The translations under genes and the position numbers were made by a program. Below are positions 33,100-42,059 of a stretch of DNA of 64,000 nucleotides, in pieces (the first letter of the stretch is position 1; each line of letters opens with the position of its first letter). Under the pieces are notes generated by a model. The model ran no database searches and was not told the DNA's origin. It saw nothing but the letters and a program-made list of their open reading frames with translations. Where the stretch lies: the IMG/VR virus record IMGVR_UViG_3300044633_000631, positions 1 through 64,000 of that record, one strand, 5' to 3'. The stretch is from a virus.

Positions 33100-35049
33100 T
33101 TAATAAGTGTTATAATCTATGCCGATATAGCCTGGTTCCACATATCCGTCTACAAAATAGGATTGTACATTTATGATAGCTTTATCAGAGATCTTACCGG
33201 TATCTGTTGGTGTTCTTTCTGGACTAATGGTACCAGTAAATATGTCTATGGAATGAATAGTATCGACAATAACTTTATAAAAAGTTTTGGCTGTTATATC
33301 AGCTGTTTGAGAAGTGTCATGAACAGCTTTATTGAAGCCGAATAAGAATTGGTCTGAGTAAGTAAAAAGACTTGAAAGTATTTTATTAAATTCGGCTGAG
33401 AATGTGTCAAGTAACTTAGGAAAATCTTTTTCTACGGTAAAACTCTCTGATTGTAAAGGATCATCATTACCTAGTATATTATCGCTAACTAATAATGTAT
33501 CAATAATTGATTTATTTATCGTTCTAAAAGATTCTTCTGAATAAGATAAAGACGAGATGGCAGCCTTATTTGGTGACAATGATACTATATCTGAATAAAC
33601 AAACGCTGTGTATAATAATCTTACGACATCCATTTGTATAGCAATACTATCAGTGCTCTTTGCAATATCAATTAAACCTTTATCAACACTAAATAATAAT
33701 AATTCAGAGGTATTGAACACTTCGGATAAGTATCTATTAAATGTTAATCGAATAGTTATTAAATCTATAGGGTTAAAAGTATTTTCAATATTCTTTGTAA
33801 CAGATAGTGTTATTCTTTCTTTCGAACTAATAGATTCAATAAATAAACGTAAAGCATCAAACTTTAATGATATAATATCAGTAAGTAAACTATTATTCTC
33901 AATCGGTTTTACTAAATCAATTGAAGCCTCTTCAATACTTCTATAGAGAGTATTAACACCCTTTACCGAATAAAAATATAATTCATGACTATGTGTCAAT
34001 AACTCGCTAACATTCTTACCTATTTCAAGATATCGAGGATCCAATGAATTGATATTAGAATTATGTACTTGATCAAACGTAATGTAGCTTATATCGTTTT
34101 CTTTAATTGAATTACTAAAGGACTTATCTAAAGTTATAGCCGCACTATCATTAGCATTATATATTGCTATTAATTTTGTAGTGACATCAAAAGATAATAC
34201 CTCTGGTACAAATAGAGTTTCATTTGTGACTTTAAACATAGATGCATATTGCGCATCATCTATGTCGGCTAATCCGAATATATCATCACTACCTCGCATC
34301 GTATCTTCAATACTACGATAATATTCAACTATTCTATCTAAGATATCAGTAGCCGTAGGTATTTCTTGTAATTCTTTTTCAGTATTAAATACAACAAGTT
34401 CGCTATTACTAATAAAGTCGAGAGTTGTACGTTTAAATTCAGCAAGTAAGTCTATAGTGTCTGAAGGTATAGTACTGTCTATTAAGCCTTTATTAAACGA
34501 TAGTATAGCCTCTTCAGCAGTTTGATATATATCTTCAAAGAATCTAATTATTGTTAATCGTAATATAACAGAGTCATTGTATTTAAAATTATCAGCTAAG
34601 CGTTTCTCAACTTCTATATTAAGCTTATCTTGACTTACATTAGCATTATCTACAAGCTTTTTACCTATTGCATTGGAAATAAATTCTTGATAAGATAATG
34701 TATTAAGTAAAACTCTATTAAAGGTTGCTGCGACATATACGACGTCTGAACTTTTAAAGTAATCTAATGCACCAGTGAATGCTCTTATATCGACTAATGA
34801 AGATTTGCCTAAATCATATTGAGCTATTGTTATATCTTTAAAAGTTTCTATTGCAATAACAGGCGTGGTTGCTACCGAAGAGACTACAGGGATTTTAGGA
34901 GCATCACCATAAACCATCTTTGAATTAACTTTACCCTCTGCTACTGTCTTCTGTGTTTGTGTAGCAATTAATGTAGGGGAAGAAACCCTAGCAATCACTT
35001 CGGCTTTAACGGGTAAATCTACATTATATGGGACAAATATTCTAGACAT
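33100..35049 (-). CDS. Hypothetical low-complexity repetitive protein, probably structural
   Basis: 649 aa with degenerate S(D/E)...K periodicity and a C-terminal YF..GYV..GY motif. Confidence 0.6.
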   Translation of the reverse strand: MSRIFVPYNVDLPVKAEVIARVSSPTLIATQTQKTVAEGKVNSKMVYGDAPKIPVVSSVATTPVIAIETFKDITIAQYDLGKSSLVDIRAFTGALDYFKSSDVVYVAATFNRVLLNTLSYQEFISNAIGKKLVDNANVSQDKLNIEVEKRLADNFKYNDSVILRLTIIRFFEDIYQTAEEAILSFNKGLIDSTIPSDTIDLLAEFKRTTLDFISNSELVVFNTEKELQEIPTATDILDRIVEYYRSIEDTMRGSDDIFGLADIDDAQYASMFKVTNETLFVPEVLSFDVTTKLIAIYNANDSAAITLDKSFSNSIKENDISYITFDQVHNSNINSLDPRYLEIGKNVSELLTHSHELYFYSVKGVNTLYRSIEEASIDLVKPIENNSLLTDIISLKFDALRLFIESISSKERITLSVTKNIENTFNPIDLITIRLTFNRYLSEVFNTSELLLFSVDKGLIDIAKSTDSIAIQMDVVRLLYTAFVYSDIVSLSPNKAAISSLSYSEESFRTINKSIIDTLLVSDNILGNDDPLQSESFTVEKDFPKLLDTFSAEFNKILSSLFTYSDQFLFGFNKAVHDTSQTADITAKTFYKVIVDTIHSIDIFTGTISPERTPTDTGKISDKAIINVQSYFVDGYVEPGYIGIDYNTY

Positions 35050-35638
35050 CCGCCACTAAGTCTGTAGGACTAAACAAGATTTCTACCATTCCTCTAACAG
35101 GTTTCCATGTTCTTGTAAAGAGCGACATTGTAGGCTCTGTTACTCTAAGCTCAAAGAATCCATAACTAGAAAATGTTGTAGTTGGTTGTATTGTCCATGC
35201 ATAGCCTAGGGTCGATGGAAATTGTACATAAATAATATTGAGTGTCGTTACTTCCCATAACGGATCAACATTAGGTAATAGCGCACTAATTCTTGCGGCA
35301 CCATAAAGTAGTCTATAGTATAAGCCATTATAGAGAACGACATCTTCTCTGTTATATGCAGCTACAGCACTCCACGTTCCTGCATTAGTTGGAACTCTTA
35401 CTACCAATTTCGCTTGATGTCCACCATTCTTTATCGTAGTTGGTGGTGATGTTTGATCTATTTCATTTGCGGCTTCAACAACAACAGCTTCCCATTTATA
35501 TCCTGCAATAGTAGCGTCTTCAATAAATGATAATGTTATAGGAAATTCTAATTGCTCACCTTTAATAAATGACCATAATATACTGCCACCGTCATCTATA
35601 ATGTCGTCTTTTAAATCTGTTAGCTTAGACCTTGCCAT
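35042..35638 (-). CDS. Hypothetical protein with one CBM-like repeat
   Basis: GTWSAVAAYNREDVVLYNGLYY resembles the repeats of 28850-31927. Confidence 0.6.
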   Translation of the reverse strand: MARSKLTDLKDDIIDDGGSILWSFIKGEQLEFPITLSFIEDATIAGYKWEAVVVEAANEIDQTSPPTTIKNGGHQAKLVVRVPTNAGTWSAVAAYNREDVVLYNGLYYRLLYGAARISALLPNVDPLWEVTTLNIIYVQFPSTLGYAWTIQPTTTFSSYGFFELRVTEPTMSLFTRTWKPVRGMVEILFSPTDLVADV

Positions 35639-35984
35639 TTCTTAACTCCGACCTATCTGCCTTGTTATCTAACTTACTGAGTACTTGATCCAGTTTCCTC
35701 CCTAAAGACTCGCCTAGATCTTTCAAGTCCTGTTTCTTTGCATAATGGTCTGCCATTTGCAACTCTAGGTCTTCTAGTTTGTCTAGCTTTTTAGATATTT
35801 CAGTAAGCTGTAGTTGCATATCACTGCGCTTAACGTAGTCATTTGCGATTAATAATTTTAAAGCATTAACTTCCTTCTCAGAGTCTGCTAGGCTCGTTTG
35901 TATTCCATTTAATTTTGCTACACCTAAGGTAGCAATGAAACTAACAATACCTAAGACTATGTTTACCCAGTCTTGTGTATCCAT
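35625..35984 (-). CDS. Membrane-anchored coiled-coil protein, possible holin-like
   Basis: Probable start MDTQDWVNIVLGIVSFIATLGV (one TM helix) with an AAGGA RBS. Confidence 0.5.
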   Translation of the reverse strand: MDTQDWVNIVLGIVSFIATLGVAKLNGIQTSLADSEKEVNALKLLIANDYVKRSDMQLQLTEISKKLDKLEDLELQMADHYAKKQDLKDLGESLGRKLDQVLSKLDNKADRSELRNGKV

Positions 35985-35994
35985 TTTCAATCCT

Positions 35995-37320
35995 TTAGAA
36001 ATTAAACCCACGAGAAACCCGTTTCCCGCCCGTTTGTATTGGATAGAGATATTCTGTGGCATATCTAATACCGTCAGAAAAATGCTCTATATTTTCGGAC
36101 TTATCAATTGTCGCGATATCTAAGTTGCGGTCTGTCCATTTTGTTCTTTCTAAGGATAAAATAGTACCGGAACATCTAGGATGTACATACAGGTCTATTT
36201 TACCTGAAGCTGTTAATAGTTTACGGTTTACAGCAGCTACACTATCAATAATAGGTGGTGCAGCCCTGTGTGCTCTACATATAATGCCATATGTCTCTAA
36301 TATACTAAAGTCAGTACGGCCTACTGGAGCAGAAGTCTTTCTAGCACGACCAGAAGGATCTGGATATGCATATATCTTATGGCCTTTATATTTTTCTTTA
36401 ATAGCAATAGCCAGTGATTCTGTATCAGGATGCCCTTGGAACTCATCAATAAATTGCATTTGATGCCCTCTAAGTGTGAAGACACTAGAACACTGACGCA
36501 TGACGTTAAAGTCAATACATATATGAACATCTTCACCTTCCATAAGGTCTTCTAATGTAGCATCAACATGTTTCTTACGATCAAAACAGTAGAATACACT
36601 GTTGCCTGATTCAGCAAATTGTGCTAAGTATTCTGATGCCCATGTTACTGGGTCAATCTTATCTTTAATCTTTTCTATTTCTTGTTGATCTAAGAATGGC
36701 GATTGTAAATAATCATACTGATAAAATCCCCAATCAGAGTCTGATTCATGATATGTAGATAGTGTATGAAAGAAATTATATCCTTTGGGTGTACTAATAA
36801 CTAATGAACGTCCAGGACTTCTAGCACCATAACTTAATGCTCTTTTGTTAGACCATCTAGTGGCAATAGTAGGCTGTATTACAGACATCCATGCGTCTTC
36901 AGCACCAAGACCTTTGGTACATGATGATATCTCATCCCATACGACAAAATAAGAACCCTTGCCACGCATACGTTCTACTGATTCATATGATAATAATCTT
37001 AATTCAACATTATTAGCGAACCAAAATCGTCCTAAGTCACGGGACATTTTGATAGAATAGTCTTCCATTCCCAAGTCGTATGCTATTAAAGGAAAATAAA
37101 TATCCTTTACTTGATCATAAGTAGGAGCAATGATGTACACTGTCTTATTAGGCACCTTAGCTGCTAGCTCGAGTAATTCAAATACAGCTGTAACTGCACA
37201 CACAGCAGCCATATATGATTTACCCCAACCCCTCGCGCAACACACTACGGCGTATCTTAATTTCTGCTCTACAAATAAATGTTTATATATTTCAGATTGT
37301 GCTGGATGAAGGTTAATCAT
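35995..37320 (-). CDS. terL: Terminase large subunit
   Basis: LHPAQ adenine motif, Walker A ARGWGKS, Walker B VVWDE, ISTPKG coupling motif, nuclease IDFN...HFSDGIRY. Confidence 0.95.
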   Translation of the reverse strand: MINLHPAQSEIYKHLFVEQKLRYAVVCCARGWGKSYMAAVCAVTAVFELLELAAKVPNKTVYIIAPTYDQVKDIYFPLIAYDLGMEDYSIKMSRDLGRFWFANNVELRLLSYESVERMRGKGSYFVVWDEISSCTKGLGAEDAWMSVIQPTIATRWSNKRALSYGARSPGRSLVISTPKGYNFFHTLSTYHESDSDWGFYQYDYLQSPFLDQQEIEKIKDKIDPVTWASEYLAQFAESGNSVFYCFDRKKHVDATLEDLMEGEDVHICIDFNVMRQCSSVFTLRGHQMQFIDEFQGHPDTESLAIAIKEKYKGHKIYAYPDPSGRARKTSAPVGRTDFSILETYGIICRAHRAAPPIIDSVAAVNRKLLTASGKIDLYVHPRCSGTILSLERTKWTDRNLDIATIDKSENIEHFSDGIRYATEYLYPIQTGGKRVSRGFNF

Positions 37321-37441
37321 ATAATACTAAGTCAATGAGATCGTTTAAAACGCATATACCTAAATACACCAATACAACAACAACCCATGTTGATGTCTCT
37401 AAAAAGGCATATGATGCAAACATAATTAAATTAGTAAACAT
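37313..37441 (-). CDS. Small hydrophobic protein (42 aa; not in ORF track)
   Basis: MFTNLIMFASYAFLETSTWVVVVLVYLGICVLNDLIDLVLYD; overlaps both neighbours. Confidence 0.5.
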   Translation of the reverse strand: MFTNLIMFASYAFLETSTWVVVVLVYLGICVLNDLIDLVLYD

Positions 37442-37596
37442 TATAATGTAATCCAAATCAAGAATGATATCGCTACTGCTGTCTGACATAGTAGGGCCTT
37501 AATTGCTAGTTGTTCGTTTTTAGGGATAAAATAAATTGTTAACATCATCAATGCTACTTGTGAGAACACAAATAACAGTTGAGCATTTTCACTCAT
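37441..37596 (-). CDS. Small two-TM protein (51 aa)
   Basis: MSENAQLLFVFSQVALMMLTIYFIP...AVAISFLIWITL. Confidence 0.5.
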   Translation of the reverse strand: MSENAQLLFVFSQVALMMLTIYFIPKNEQLAIKALLCQTAVAISFLIWITL

Positions 37597-38023
37597 AATC
37601 GTCGTCGTCACTATCACTATACTCACCTATAATGTGTGTATCACCTTCTTTAGTTAAATTAATAACTAATGGGGATCTCATTTTATCTTCTATAATATTA
37701 GTCTCTGGAACACGTCCATATTTATAACGCAACAGTTTATCTGACACAGCTGTCATCTTATCTATTAGGTTCATATGTGTCTGTTCATTATACCATTTAG
37801 TCTTACCTGTAGATGTTAATGGTACTATTTTATTATCACGCCAGTCATTATAATATTGTAATTGTTCTTCTAAGAATCTATACTGGTGCACTAATGCTTC
37901 AATAGGGTCAAACCCTAAATCTTTAAGCTTAGCTACACTCAAACGTCCACCAGCAGTTAAATTACTCAGACGTTGTATCTTGACACCATCTTCTCTCTTC
38001 AGTGGCTTTGTCTGTGTGTCCAT
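37589..38023 (-). CDS. Putative terminase small subunit
   Basis: First gene after the paired promoter motifs and upstream of TerL; LGFDPIEALV...LLRYKY pattern. Confidence 0.55.
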   Translation of the reverse strand: MDTQTKPLKREDGVKIQRLSNLTAGGRLSVAKLKDLGFDPIEALVHQYRFLEEQLQYYNDWRDNKIVPLTSTGKTKWYNEQTHMNLIDKMTAVSDKLLRYKYGRVPETNIIEDKMRSPLVINLTKEGDTHIIGEYSDSDDDDYE

Positions 38024-38110
38024 AGTTTACTCACATTTCAGTTTGCATTCAATGAGTTACGTCTCCGTAGCCCTCTATTTTAAAAATTAACAATTATTTA
38101 TTATTAATCT

Positions 38111-38130
38111 TAGGGTTAATTTAACGGGGT
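38111..38130 (-). promoter_or_regulatory. Putative phage RNAP promoter (copy 3)
   Basis: Exact TAGGGTTAATTTAACGGGGT. Confidence 0.8.
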
Positions 38131-38265
38131 TTTCTATATGTCTCAGCGCTTTGCCCTTTAGGAAAAAGCCAGGGATCCCCTAAGGGATATATTTATTAGA
38201 TTAATTATTATTGATTAATAACTAAGGATTAACAACTAATGGATTATAATTCAGGGGAGCGGCTT

Positions 38266-38285
38266 TAGGGTTAATTTAACGGGGT
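38266..38285 (-). promoter_or_regulatory. Putative phage RNAP promoter (copy 4)
   Basis: Exact TAGGGTTAATTTAACGGGGT. Confidence 0.8.
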
Positions 38286-38290
38286 TAAGT

Positions 38291-38494
38291 CTATACGACA
38301 ATATAGAAAGTTGATCGTGAAGATCGACAATATGAACCATCACTCATATACCAATTAAATTCTGTTTCTATTCCCATTGGCGGTTGTATCGTAGTATCTT
38401 GCCCTGTTATTACTACTGTTGGTGATTTATATGCTACCTGTAATGTTCTACCAATAGTATCTGTTATTGTGGAGCCTAATATTATATCGTTCAT
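38291..38494 (-). CDS. Hypothetical protein, possibly a divergent member of the repeated small-domain family
   Basis: Probable start MNDIILGS. DTIGRTLQVAY...WYMSDG. Confidence 0.45.
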   Translation of the reverse strand: MNDIILGSTITDTIGRTLQVAYKSPTVVITGQDTTIQPPMGIETEFNWYMSDGSYCRSSRSTFYIVV

Positions 38495-38495
38495 A

Positions 38496-38547
38496 AGAAA
38501 AAAAAAAATAAGGGGCCCTCCTACCACCCCGAAGGGCAGTAGGAGGG
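38496..38547 (-). terminator. Rho-independent terminator
   Basis: Minus strand CCCTCCTACTGCCC-TTCG-GGGTGGTAGGAGGG: a 14-bp stem with two G-U pairs and a cUUCGg loop, then a T11 tract. Confidence 0.85.
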
Positions 38548-38553
38548 AAAAGG

Positions 38554-38739
38554 TTAATCACGCAAGTGTAAAATTTTTACTAGAAATGAAACTGGAAATG
38601 CTAAAATTTGCCAAATTACTTTACCTATAAATCGACATAAAACTGTAAGATCATCAGGCGCATGTAAATGACAAGGCTCAATTGTTTTATTAATCATGAT
38701 TTCCCCGCATTTGCCACATGAATAATATGAATCATCCAT
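38554..38739 (-). CDS. Hypothetical protein
   Basis: 61 aa, CxxC, hydrophobic C-terminus, coupled to the upstream gene. Confidence 0.55.
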   Translation of the reverse strand: MDDSYYSCGKCGEIMINKTIEPCHLHAPDDLTVLCRFIGKVIWQILAFPVSFLVKILHLRD

Positions 38740-39095
38740 TAGAATACCTCCTTAACTAAATCATGACTTGTTTCTTCATGCATGTAATATCTACCATTCT
38801 CATAAAACCAAGAACCATTGCACGCTTGACCAAGTCTAGCGGCCCAATAATTACCATAACCATCATAGTGTTTAACAACATACCGATCACCGTCTGCGTT
38901 ACTATATATGTGATCAATTTCTAGTTTCATAGGCATCACTAGAGACTCATTAGCAGATGTACATACACCATTCCCAAAATACCAATCAAGCTCTTCATTG
39001 AATAAATCAACACCGACAAATTTATCATCTTTTTCATATATTATATAAACACGATGATTGTCCCCATTTCTATATTCTTTGCAAACTTCAATCAT
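38739..39095 (-). CDS. Hypothetical protein, two copies of the repeated small domain
   Basis: KEYRNGDNHRVYI...WYFGNG and HIYSNADGDRYVV...WFYENG...DLVKEV. Confidence 0.7.
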   Translation of the reverse strand: MIEVCKEYRNGDNHRVYIIYEKDDKFVGVDLFNEELDWYFGNGVCTSANESLVMPMKLEIDHIYSNADGDRYVVKHYDGYGNYWAARLGQACNGSWFYENGRYYMHEETSHDLVKEVF

Positions 39096-39289
39096 TATCT
39101 TAACCCCATTGCCGTTTCAATTTTAGCCAGATCTTCTTCATTTAGCAAATAGTCTGACCAAGCATTAACCTCATCATATGAAATCCTTACAGAGAAATTC
39201 TTTCCAGATTTTGAAATACATACTTCTGAGATTCTATCAAGGTTAATCAATACATTAGTTCCTTGATCTGTGACTTTTATAAAGTTCAT
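39095..39289 (-). CDS. Hypothetical protein
   Basis: 64-aa coupled ORF, MNFIKVTDQGTNVLINLDRISEV. Confidence 0.65.
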   Translation of the reverse strand: MNFIKVTDQGTNVLINLDRISEVCISKSGKNFSVRISYDEVNAWSDYLLNEEDLAKIETAMGLR

Positions 39290-39636
39290 TTTATTTTCTC
39301 CTTTAAAGGATAGTGACTAGCGCATTCTGCTTTACCATCTACAGCATATCGTGCAGTTGTGTGTCCGATGGTGTTAGGGTACATAATGCCGATAACAGGA
39401 TACCTTCCGCTAGGGCTAATACTAGCGATAAACACGTGGTTATTCCAATGATCTAACCATGTATCCCCTGCTTTAATGTTTTCTACAACTAAATCAACAA
39501 GCCCATAACCTTCTTTAGAGTACCATTCAAGCTCACCAGTAAATGTATTCTCGCCTACGAACTGATCATGTTCTTTAAACAATATTCTAACACGTTGACC
39601 ATTTGTGTTTTTATACTCTTTGTCTACTTCAATCAT
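39286..39636 (-). CDS. Hypothetical protein, two copies of the repeated small domain
   Basis: Probable start MIEVDKEYKNTNGQRVRI; close paralogue of 38739-39095. Confidence 0.7.
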   Translation of the reverse strand: MIEVDKEYKNTNGQRVRILFKEHDQFVGENTFTGELEWYSKEGYGLVDLVVENIKAGDTWLDHWNNHVFIASISPSGRYPVIGIMYPNTIGHTTARYAVDGKAECASHYPLKEKIK

Positions 39637-39815
39637 TACAGTTTGCCTCATTTTGTTCAATGAAGTGATCCAGAATCTCTTGAGTGACAACAATAGTTGT
39701 CATACCTGGAATCGGTTGATTTGAATACACAGCGTTATCATAGATAACATATGGTGTACCGACTAAACTAATAAAATATAATGCACAGTAACTCATTTCA
39801 CTTCCTCAATTAAAT

Positions 39816-40481
39816 TTAATAACGCCATCTCTTCTTCGATTCAAGCAATGCTGCAATTTTGCTTTCCATAATGTAGGGGTCTTCAATCACTTCGCGCACT
39901 TCTAAAAACTTACCATGGCGTCCTACTGAAACTATTTCGAATGTAGCCATTTTGTACTTTGTATCTAGCACACTTCCACAGACTTGTCCGATTTTTGAAA
40001 AATGATCCTGTCCAAAATAAAGATTTACATCAATTATGCCTGACGCTCTTTCAAGGAAGCCTGTGTCTCCTACTGCGGCTCGTTTAAAATGTTTAGACTC
40101 GTTTAAGATTTTATGGCCAGCACTGCTGTCATTCTCGAAAACATGCGGTGTACTATCAACGATTCTCTCAATTTCACCGACTGCTAAATAGGGATTTGCT
40201 ACAACACTGGTGACTACTAATGTTATATTATTACCACTACGCTTTATAATTTCGAATGTAGCTACCCTGTATTCATAAGGGAAGGCATTTCCATAAGTCG
40301 CGGGTAAATCCCCAATATGGCGTTGTTTGCCTGTTATTGGATCAAAGACAATTACTTGCAAAGTGCTAGAGAGTTTTCTTTCACGCTGTAATGCGCCTCT
40401 ATACCCTGCAGCAATACGTGGATAAAGTGCTTCTTTCTCGAATGCGCCTTTAGGTTTAAACATAGTAAATTTACAGTTCAT
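39816..40481 (-). CDS. Hypothetical protein with internal duplication (HIRAN-like?)
   Basis: YRVATFEII...VVANPY and YKMATFEIV...VIEDPY. Confidence 0.65.
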   Translation of the reverse strand: MNCKFTMFKPKGAFEKEALYPRIAAGYRGALQRERKLSSTLQVIVFDPITGKQRHIGDLPATYGNAFPYEYRVATFEIIKRSGNNITLVVTSVVANPYLAVGEIERIVDSTPHVFENDSSAGHKILNESKHFKRAAVGDTGFLERASGIIDVNLYFGQDHFSKIGQVCGSVLDTKYKMATFEIVSVGRHGKFLEVREVIEDPYIMESKIAALLESKKRWRY

Positions 40482-40684
40482 TGTACTTCCTCCACTAAAT
40501 CGTTATCATCAAAATCGCCATTAATAAATTTTCCATCTAATGTAAATGTCGCGGGATCTAATATCCAATCTTCATATGTTGCAGCAATAACAGGATACGT
40601 AATATCTTTATCACCGATGTACACGACTTCCCAAATCTGTCCGTCTATGCTTTTGTACTTTTTGCCCACTTCTAATTTTAACAT
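40478..40684 (-). CDS. Hypothetical protein, repeated small domain
   Basis: LEVGKKYKSIDGQIWEV...YPV...FTLDG...DLVEEV. Confidence 0.7.
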   Translation of the reverse strand: MLKLEVGKKYKSIDGQIWEVVYIGDKDITYPVIAATYEDWILDPATFTLDGKFINGDFDDNDLVEEVQ

Positions 40685-40867
40685 TGTGCTTCTCCACTTT
40701 TGCTATGAATGTATGAATATGATGTCCACCAAGAATATCTCCAACCCATGCCATGACAATAGGTTTCTTAGAATACATCATATTGTGTTTGTACTCAAAC
40801 TTATCACCATCAATGTCAACGCCCGTGAAGGCGCTGACGTTTGACGATAATATTAAAAATAATATTA

Positions 40868-41077
40868 TTAGAGGCATTCTTCCCACTTCTTGAATTGTTC
40901 AATTACCTTCATTGAAGTTTCTCTTGAAACAATATACCGTCTAGTGTGTTCATTTGGCCCTTTATACTTTAGCGCAATTATACGCTTATCAACAGCAATA
41001 TTACGAACACTATCAGTATCAACACAAACGAGACTGCCTCTTTTTGTCATAAACTTAATTAACATAATTTGCTCCAT
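40868..41077 (-). CDS. Hypothetical protein
   Basis: Short ORF in the co-oriented array. Confidence 0.55.
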   Translation of the reverse strand: MEQIMLIKFMTKRGSLVCVDTDSVRNIAVDKRIIALKYKGPNEHTRRYIVSRETSMKVIEQFKKWEECL

Positions 41078-41265
41078 TGGAATCTTAATGCACGAGCTAT
41101 TTCATGCCAAGTTTCATATGTGACAGTGTGGCATTTATTGTGAGTAGGATATGAAACGCCTACATAGTACTTCTTATCATCTGAATAAAGCGCTACACTC
41201 TCTGTTGCATTAAAGTTGATTGTAATTAACTCATCTTCTGTACTCTTAATTACTATAATATTCAT
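41059..41265 (-). CDS. Hypothetical protein
   Basis: Short ORF with an ATGA overlap. Confidence 0.55.
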   Translation of the reverse strand: MNIIVIKSTEDELITINFNATESVALYSDDKKYYVGVSYPTHNKCHTVTYETWHEIARALRFQWSKLC

Positions 41266-41723
41266 GCGTCCATCCCAATAAATTTCATACCAAGTTCACT
41301 TCGTTGGGCATTTCTATACTCTAGTGCTTCTGTCAATGTTCTACATCTTTTTGAAATAACTTTACCTTTGTGATTCATAGCGACATCATACACAACTCTT
41401 TCAGCTGATACTGTTGGTCTAATATTTCTATAAACACTTTTAACGCTTGTGCCATCTTTCAGATATAGATTTTCAATTCTAGTGTTCTGTTTATTGTTAT
41501 CAACATAGCCCAGATAATCTAATTGTGTAAGTTCATCGCCATGATGGTATGTCCACACAAGTCGTGCCGCAACATACATTCTATGGTTTACCTGAATGAT
41601 TCGATTTCTATCAGGATCGAACCTTACAGCGTTGTGGCTTTGCTTAAATTTTGAATCTCTCCAATATAAACAACCTGTTATCGCGTCATAATCGAATAGT
41701 CTTCTAACTTCTTTTTGATTCAT
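41262..41723 (-). CDS. HNH endonuclease-like protein (degenerate) with an AP2-like tail
   Basis: LFDYDAITGCLYWR...YVAARLVWTYHHG...YVDNNKQNTRIENL; metal/catalytic His residues absent. Confidence 0.7.
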   Translation of the reverse strand: MNQKEVRRLFDYDAITGCLYWRDSKFKQSHNAVRFDPDRNRIIQVNHRMYVAARLVWTYHHGDELTQLDYLGYVDNNKQNTRIENLYLKDGTSVKSVYRNIRPTVSAERVVYDVAMNHKGKVISKRCRTLTEALEYRNAQRSELGMKFIGMDA

Positions 41724-42057
41724 TTGAAATACCTCTTAGTAGTATTGAAAATTTGCCCAAGATTGGTAATGGGCTGTTTAAAGTATACATGTTAGCGATT
41801 CTGATGTTAAATGAGTCTTTGTCTTTAAACGCTATAGGCTCATTAGGCCATTCCCCGTAATACAATCTCCACGCAAGACGTGCTGCAGATGTTTGTTTTT
41901 TCGCAGAACCTGGTACACGAACTACACAGCGCACACCTCTACTTTTACCAACGCTTTGTGTAAGACATGCATTAGCGCCATTATGCCTTGTAATTGTGCC
42001 ATTAATAGCATTATAAATAAAATACCTTTCTTTAATCAAAACTTCAAACTCTTTCAT
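41704..42057 (-). CDS. HNH endonuclease-like protein (degenerate)
   Basis: FIYNAINGTI...SAARLAWRLYYGEWP...IAFKDKDSFNIRIANM. Confidence 0.7.
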   Translation of the reverse strand: MKEFEVLIKERYFIYNAINGTITRHNGANACLTQSVGKSRGVRCVVRVPGSAKKQTSAARLAWRLYYGEWPNEPIAFKDKDSFNIRIANMYTLNSPLPILGKFSILLRGISNESKRS

Positions 42058-42059
42058 AA

